From: Candidatus Latescibacterota bacterium
GTDB lineage: Bacteria > Latescibacterota > UBA2968
Direction: 5' to 3'
Length of the DNA stretch: 64,000 nucleotides
NCBI GenBank assembly: GCA_965205975.1
Contig: OZ242195.1
Coordinates: 1,408,001-1,472,000, forward strand
Shown here: positions 10,601 through 19,600 of the stretch, in pieces
Position numbering within the stretch: position 1 is the stretch's first letter
Layout of the letters: each line of letters begins with the position of its first letter
Notes under the pieces: generated by a model
What the model was told of the DNA's origin: nothing
The model's input: only the letters and a program-made list of their open reading frames with translations
Databases searched by the model: none
Made by a program: the position numbers and the translations under genes

Positions 10601-13600
10601 AGAGAGACAACAATAACAATTATCGATAATGATACCCGCGGAGTGGAGGTGCGGCCGACATCTCTGGAGGTGGAAGAAGGCAAGAGCAGAACCTATGATG
10701 TGGTATTGCAATCACAGCCAACCGATGCCGTGACTGTGACAGTGGGAGGCGCGTCTGGAGAGATTCGCGTGCGTGGCTCCCCGCTGATATTTGATGATTT
10801 CTGGTCTATTGCTCAGACTGTGACAGTAATTGCAGGGCAGGATGACGATGCGGTAAATGATACTGCAACGCTCACGCATACAGTGAGTGGAGGCGATTAC
10901 GGCTCGGTGATTGTAGATGCAGTAACGGTAACCGTCACGGATGACGATGAACGCGGTGTAGAGATAAGTCCGACCTCTTTGGCGATAAGAGAAGGCGGGA
11001 GTGGGACATATACCGCGGTATTGCAATCTCAGCCGACTGCCGCCGTGACCGTGACGGTGGGAGGCGCGTCTGGCGATGTGAGTGTGCGTGGTTCGCCGCT
11101 GACATTTACGACGGGCAATTGGCATATCGCACAGGCCGTGACGGTGAGTGCAGCGCAGGATGTTGATGCGGTAAATGATGTTGCAACACTCAGCAATACT
11201 GTCACCAGTGGGGGGGACTACAACGGTGAAACAGCAGATGATGTAATGGTGACTGTCACTGATGATGGGATAAGCTCGACAGAGGTCGCATTGCGCGTAT
11301 CACCTTCATCCGTATCAGAGGGCGGTGGTGGACAGACAGTAACCGTGACAGCCACACTGAATCATGCCGTGCTAACATCTGCGGCGACCGTGACGGTGCG
11401 TGTGGCAACAGGTACGGCAACAAGTGCCGACTTTGGTGCGGTGAACAACTTCACTGTGACGATACCTGCGAATATGCCGAGCGGAACGGGGACTTTCACG
11501 CTGACGCCGATCAACGACGACCTGGATGAAAATGACGAGACGGTGACAGTGAGCGGGACGACCGCAGGGCTGACCGTGAATGGGACCACTGTGACCATCA
11601 CCGATGACGATACGCGCGGAGTAGAGATAAGTCCGACCTCTTTGACGATAGCAGAAGGCGGGAGTGGGACATATACCCTGGTATTGGAATCGCAGCCGAC
11701 TGCTGAAGTAAGGGTAGTGGTAGGAGGCAGGAGAGGGGAGATCAGTCTGGGTGGTTCGCCGCTGACATTTGCGACAGACAATTGGAATATCGCACAGACC
11801 GTGACGGTGAATGCAGGGCAGGACGCAGATGCGGTAAATGATGCGGCAACGCTCATCAATGTTGTCAGCAGCAGTGGAGACTACAACGGTGTGACAACAG
11901 ATGATGTGAGCGTAACCGTTGCAGATGATGAGACAGCCTCGACTGAGATCGCATTGCGCGTATCACCTTCATCCGTATCAGAAGGCGGTGGTGGACAAGT
12001 AGTAACCGTGACAGCCACACTGAATCATGCCGCGCTAACATCTGCGGCGACCGTGACGGTGCGTGTGGCAGCAGGCACGGCAGCAGACACGGACTTTGAT
12101 GCAGTATCTGACTTTGAAGTGACCATCCCCGAGGATGCGACGAGTGGGACGGAAACTTTCACGCTGACGCCGGTAAACGACGATTTGGACGAAGATGACG
12201 AGACGGTGACGGTGAGCGGAACGACGACCACAGGGCTGACCGTGAATGGGACTACTGTAACCATCACCGATGACGATACGCGCGGAGTAGAGATAAGTCC
12301 GACCTCTTTGACGATAGCAGAAGGCGGGAGTGGGACATATACCGTGGTATTGGAATCTCAGCCGACCGCTGCCGTGACTGTGACGGTGGGAGGCGCGTCT
12401 GGCGATGTGAGCGTGCGTGGTTCGCCGCTGACATTTGCGACAGACAATTGGAATATCGCACAGACTGTGACGGTAAATACAAGGCAGGATGATGGTACAG
12501 AAAATGAGTCTGTAATGCTCAGCAACACAGTGACCAGTGGGGGGGACTACAACGGTGAAACAGCAGAGGATGTGGCAGTAACCGTCACAGACGCCGATGA
12601 ACGCGGAGTAGAGATAAGTCCGACCTCTTTAACCGTGCGTGAGGGGGAAAGTGAGACATACACCGTGGTATTGGAATCTCAGCCGACCGCTGCCGTGACT
12701 GTGACGGTGGGAGGCGCGTCTGGCGATGTGAGTGTGCGTGGTTCGCCGATAACATTTACGACAGGCAATTGGAATATCGCACAGACCGTGACGGTGAGTG
12801 CAGCGCAGGATGGTGATGCAGTAAATGATGCTGCAACACTCAGCAATACCGTTACCAGTGGGGGAGACTACAATGGCGAAACAGCAGATGATGTAACAGT
12901 AACCGTCACAGACGATGAGACGGCCTCGACAGCAATCGCATTGCGCGTATCACCTTCATCCGTATCAGAAGGCGGTGGTGGACAAGTAGTAACCGTGACA
13001 GCCACACTGAATCACGCCCCGCTAATATCTGCGGCGACCGTGACGGTGAGTGTGGCAGCAGGCACGGCGACAAGTGCCGACTTTGGTGCGGTGAACAACT
13101 TTGAGGTGACGATACCTGCGAATATGCCGAGCGGAACGGGGACTTTCACGCTGACGCCGATCAACGACGATTTGGATGAAAATGACGAGACAGTGACAGT
13201 GAGCGGGACGACGACGGCCACAGGGCTAACCGTGAATGGGACCCCTGTGACCATTACAGACGATGATACACGCGAAGTGGCAATTATGCCAACATATTTG
13301 ACCTTGCGTGAGGGGAATAGTGGGACATACGCCGTGGTATTGGAATCTCAGCCGACTGCTGCCGTGACTGTGACGGTGGGAGGCGCGTCTGGCGAGGTCA
13401 GTGTGCGTGGTTCGCCGCTGATATTTGCGACAGACAATTGGAATATCGCACAGACCGTGACGGTGAGTGCAGCGCAAGATGATGATGCGGTAAATGATGC
13501 TGCAGCACTCAGCAATACCGTTACCAGTGGGGGGGACTACAACGGTGAAACAGCAGAGAATGTGGTAGTGGTCGTCACAGATGATGATAAACGCAGTGTG

Positions 13601-16600
13601 GCGATAAGTCCGCCATTTTTTACGGTTCCAAAAGGCGTGATTATACCAGAAGGCGAGAATGAAACATATTTGATAGTACAAGAAGGCGAGAGTGAAACAT
13701 ATACCGTGGTATTGGAATCTCAGCCGACTGCTGCCGTGACTGTGACGGTGGGAGGCGCGTCTGGCGATGTGAGTGTGAGTGGTTCGCCAGTGATATTTAC
13801 GACAGGCAATTGGAATGTCGCACAGACCGTGACGGTGAGCGCGGGGCAGGATGATGATGCAGAAAATGATTATGCAACACTCCGCAATACCGTTACCAGT
13901 GGGGGAGACTACAATAGTGAAATACCAGAGGCTGTGGTAGTGATCGTCATAGATGATGATACACGCGGTGTGGCGATAAGTCCAACATCTGTTATGGTAC
14001 AAGAAGGCGAGAGTGAAACATATACCGTGGTATTGGAATCTCAGCCGACCGATGCAGTAACTGTGGCAGTGACCGGAAGTGGGGATGTATCGGGAAGCCC
14101 AGCACGATTGACATTCTCCACATCAAATTGGGGCGATGCCCAGACCGTGACGGTGAGTGCAGCGCAGGACGCAGATGCAGAAAATGAAGATGCAACACTC
14201 AGCAATACCGTTACCAGTGGGGGAGACTACAATGGCGAAACAGCAGAGGATGTAACAGTAACGGTCACAGACGATGAGACGGCCTCGACTGAGATCGCAT
14301 TGCGCGTATCACCTGCGTCCATCCCAGAAGGTGATGGACAGGTAGTAACAGTAACGGCCACACTGAATCATGCCGTGCTAACATCTGCGGCGACCGTGAC
14401 CGTAAGTGTGGCAGCAGGCACGGCAACAGAAAACACGGACTTTGGTGCTGTATCTAATTTTATGGTGATCATTCCAAAAGGTGCGGCGAAAAATACAGGA
14501 TCCTTCACACTGACATCGATATCTGATGATTTCGACGAAGCCGACGAGACGGTGACAGTAAGTGGAACAACCACGGCTACAGGTTTGACCGTGAATGGGA
14601 CCAATGTGACCATCACCGATGACGATACACGCGGTGTGACGATAAGTCCGACCTCTTTGACGATAGCAGAAGGCGAGAGCGAGACATATACCGTGGTATT
14701 GGAATCGCAACCGACTGCTGCCGTGACTGTGACGGTAGGAAGGACATCTGGCGATGTGAGCGTGAGTGGTTCGCCGCTGACATTTGCGACAGGCAATTGG
14801 AATATCGCCCAGACCGTGACGGTGAGTGCAGCGCAGGACGCAGATGCAGAAAATGAAGATGCAACACTCAGCAATACCGTTACCAGTGGGGGAGACTACA
14901 ATGGCGAAACAGCAGAGGATGTAACAGTAACGGTCACAGACGATGAGACGGCCTCGACTGAGATCGCATTGAGCGTATCACCTGCGTCCATCCCAGAAGG
15001 TGATGGACAGGTAGTAACAGTAACAGCTACACTGAATCATGCCGTGCTAACATCTGCGGCGACCGTGACCGTAAGTGTGGCAGCAGGCACGGCGACAAGT
15101 GCCGACTTTGGTGCGGTGAACAACTTCACTGTGACGATACCTGCGAATATGCCGAGCGGAACGGGGACTTTCACGCTGACGCCGGTAAACGACGACCTGG
15201 ATGAAAATGACGAGACGGTGACAGTGAGCGGGACGACCGCAGGGCTGACCGTGAATGGGACCACTGTGACCATCACCGATGACGATACGCGCGGAGTAGA
15301 GATAGATCCGACTTCTTTAACCGTGCGTGAGGGGGAAAGTGAGACATACGCCGTGGTATTGGAATCTCAGCCGACTGCTGCCGTGACTGTGACGGTGGGA
15401 GGCGCGTCTGGCGATGTGAGTGTGCGTGGTTCGCCGATAACATTTACGACAGGCAATTGGAATATCGCACAGACCGTGACGGTGAGTGCAGCGCAGGATG
15501 GTGATGCAGTAAATGATGCTGCAACACTCAGCAATACCGTTACCAGTGGGGGGGACTACAATGGCGAAACAGCAGATGATGTAACAGTAACCGTCACAGA
15601 CGATGAGACGGCCTCGACTGAGATCGCATTGCGCGTATCACCTTCATCCGTATCAGAAGGCGGTGGTGGACAGACAGTAACCGTGACAGCCACACTGAAT
15701 CATGCCGTGCTAACATCTGCGGCGACCGTGACGGTGAGTGTGGCAACAGGTACGGCGACAAGTGCTGACTTTGGTGCAGTATCTGACTTTGAGGTAACCA
15801 TCCCCACTGGTGTGCCGAGAGGCACAGGTACATTTACTCTGACGCCAGTATCTGATGATCTCGACGAGACCGATGAGACGGTGACAGTAAGCGGGACGAC
15901 GACGACCGCAGGGCTGACCGTGAATGGAACCACTGTGACCATCACCGATGACGATACGCGCGGAGTAGAGATAGATCCGACTTCTTTAACCGTGCGTGAG
16001 GGGGAAAGTGAGACATACGCCGTGGTATTGGAATCTCAGCCGACCGCTGCCGTGACTGTGACGGTGGGAGGCGCGTCTGGCGATGTGAGTGTGAGTGGTT
16101 CGCCGATAACATTTGCGACAGGCAATTGGAATATCGCACAGACCGTAACAGTGAGTGCAGCGCAGGATGGTGATGCAGTAAATGATGCTGCAACACTCAG
16201 CAATACCGTTACCAGTGGGGGGGACTACAATGGCGAAACAGCAGATGATGTAACAGTAACCGTCACAGACGATGAGACGGCCTCGACAGCAATCGCATTG
16301 CGCGTATCACCTTCATCCGTATCAGAAGGCGGTGGTGGACAAGTAGTAACCGTGACAGCCACACTGAATCACGCCCCGCTAATATCTGCGGCGACCGTGA
16401 CGGTGAGTGTGGCAGCAGGCACGGCGACAAGTGCCGACTTTGGTGCGGTGAACAACTTTGCGGTGACGATACCTGCGAATATGCCGAGCGGAACGGGGAC
16501 TTTCACGCTGACGCCGATCAACGACGATTTGGATGAAAATGACGAGACAGTGACAGTGAGCGGGACGACGACGACCACAGGGCTGACCGTGAATGGGACC

Positions 16601-19600
16601 ACTGTGACCATCACCGATGACGATACGCGCGGAGTAGAGATAAGTCCGACCTCTTTGACGATAGCAGAAGGCGAGAGTGGGACATATACCGTGGTATTGG
16701 AATCTCAGCCGACCGCTGCCGTGACTGTGACGGTAGGAGGCGCGTCTGACGATGTGAGTGTGCGTGGTTCGCCGCTGATATTTGCGACAGGCAATTGGAA
16801 TATCGCACAGACCGTAACAGTGAATGCAGGACAGGACGCAGATGCGGTAAATGATCCCGCGGTAACGATCACGCATACCGTGACCAGTGGGGGGGACTAC
16901 AACGGTGAAACAGCAGATGATGTAACAGTAACGGTCACAGACGATGATACCGCTTCATCAGAGATCACCCTGGGTGTGGCGCCGATAAGTGTTACAGAAG
17001 GCGGTGGTGGACAGACAGTAACCGTGACAGCCGCACTGAATCACGCCGCGCTAATACCTGCGGCGACCGTGACGGTGAGTGTGGCAGCAGGCACGGCGAC
17101 AAATGCTGACTTTGGTGCGGTATCTGACTTTGAGGTAACCATCCCCGCTGGTGTGCTGAGAGGGACAGGTACATTTACTCTGACGCCAGTATCTGATGAT
17201 CTCGACGAGACCGACGAGACGGTGACAGTGAGCGGGACGACGACCGCAGGGCTGACTGTGAATGGGACCACTGTGACCATCGCCGATGACGATACACGGG
17301 GTGTGACGTTAATACCGACGACCCTGACGATTGACGAGGGACAAACGGGCCTCTACACCGTAGTATTGGCATCACAGCCGACAGATAACGTGATGGTGAC
17401 AACTAGTGTGCCATCGGGTACGGATGTATCGGTGGAACCGACAGCACTGCGGTTTACACCGGATGACTGGGATGGAGTACAGACCGTGATGGTGAGTGCG
17501 GGGCAGGACAATGATGCGATAAATGATCCCGCGGTAACGATTACGCATACAGTGAGTGGCGGTGATTACAACTCGGTGAGTGCAGATGCAGTAACGGTGA
17601 CGATTAGAGATTTGATTGCACAGACTGCGCCACCGCCAACACCGCCGCCATCTGGTGATGGTTCTGGTGGAGATACCACCGTGCAAGATATAATGGTGTC
17701 GTTTGCAGCGAATAGCTACGAGGCAATCGAAGGGAGCAGTGTGCGCGTGTCCGTGCGGCTGGACCGTGTGCCCCAACAAGAAATGAATATCCCGTTGACG
17801 GTGACGCAGGATAATGGTGCTACAAAGGCCGACTATTCTGGGGTACCTGAACGTGTGATCTTTGGCAGTAATGAGACAGAAAAGAGCTTTGAGGTCACAG
17901 CAGTGGATGACGATATAGATGATGACAACGAGACCGTGACGCTCGGCTTTGGCGCATTGCCCAATGGGATCAGTGTGGGAAAACAGGCTACAGCAGTGGT
18001 GTATCTTGCTGATGATGACACACGTGGGGTGCTGGTGAGACCAATTGCGTTGAACGTGCCAGAGGGTGGTGACAAGACGTACACCATAGCACTTACTTCG
18101 CAACCGACTGCTGAGGTGACAGTCACTGTAACTGCGCCATCGGATTCGGAGGTTTCGGTGGACAAATCGGTATTGCAGTTCACAACCGCGACCTGGAATA
18201 CAGCGCAGACCGTGACGGTGAGCGCGGATGAAGACGACGACACAATAAACGATCCAACTGCGATGTTAACACATGTAGTGAGCGGTGGTGATTATCAAGA
18301 GATGGTTGCTGATGCAGTACGGGTGACGATCATTGAAAATGACATACCGACCCTGACGATTGAGAACCAGCGTGGAAGGGAGAATATCGGATATATGGTG
18401 TTCGCGCTCCGGCTGAGCACGGGCAGTAGCAAAGATGTGACAGTGGCTTATGCCACATCCAGCGGAACAGCGACTGAGGGCATAGACTACGAGGCAAAAC
18501 TCGGGACAGTGACATTTGCGGCGAGCGAGACGGTAAAGATGATCTCGGTATCAATCATCGATGATGTGTATGACGAGGCAGAGAAAGAGACGTTCAAGGT
18601 GATGCTGAGCAATGTCCAAAATGCGGTGTTGGGCAATTCGGAAGCGATTGGAACGATTGAGGACAATGACTACCCAAGGGTGCGCGTGTTTTTTGGCGAG
18701 GATAACTACACAGTAAATGAGGGGGGGCACACGGCAAAAGTACGTGTGCGTTTGAGCGTGAACCCTGAGCGCACAGTGACCATTCCGCTGGTGGCAATGC
18801 TCAACAACGGTGCTTCCGAGACAGATTATTTCGGCATACCAGAGCATATCTCTTTTGCCAATGGTGTGACAGAAAAGAGCTTTGAGGTCACAGCAGTAGA
18901 TGACGATATAGATGATGACGGCGAGACCGTGACACTCGGTTTTGGCACATTGCCCAATGGGGTCAGCCCGGGGAAAAATGCCTCTGCAATAGTGACGCTG
19001 GTCGATAACGATGATCCAGAGGTAAACGTGTCCTTTGATGCGGCAAATTACGAGGCAACCGAAGGGGAGAGCGAAACTGTGATGGTGCGATTAAGTGCTA
19101 TTCCAGAGCGCACGGTGGAGATCTCCCTGACAACGACGCTGGGCAATGGTGCTACAAAGGCCGACTATTCTGGGGTGCCTGAACGTGTGATCTTTGGCAG
19201 TCATGAGACAGAAAAGAGCTTTGAGGTCGCGGCAGTGGATGACGATATAGACGATGACGATGAGACATTGACACTCGGTTTTGGCACATTGCCCAATGGG
19301 GTCAGCCCGGGGGAAAATGCCTCTGCAATGGTGACCCTGGTCGATAACGATGATCCAGAGGTAAACGTGTCCTTTGATGCGGCAAATTACGAGGCAACCG
19401 AGGGAGGTAGCGTAGCAATGGTGCGGGTTTACCTGAGCGCGGACCCCGAACGCACGGTGAACATTCCACTCATGGCAATGCCCAACAATGGTGCCTCAGA
19501 TATGGATTATTCTGGCATACCAGAGCGCGTCATTTTCGCCAGTGGTGAAACAGAAAAGAGCTTTGAGGTCGCGGCAGTAGATGACGATATAGACGATGAC

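Noticed and set aside
7855..17300. Regularly spaced repeats as a CRISPR array or DGR template/variable pair
   Set aside because: Units are 300-670 bp, in-frame and coding; no unique spacers, no cas or reverse transcriptase gene, and differences are not adenine-specific by eye.
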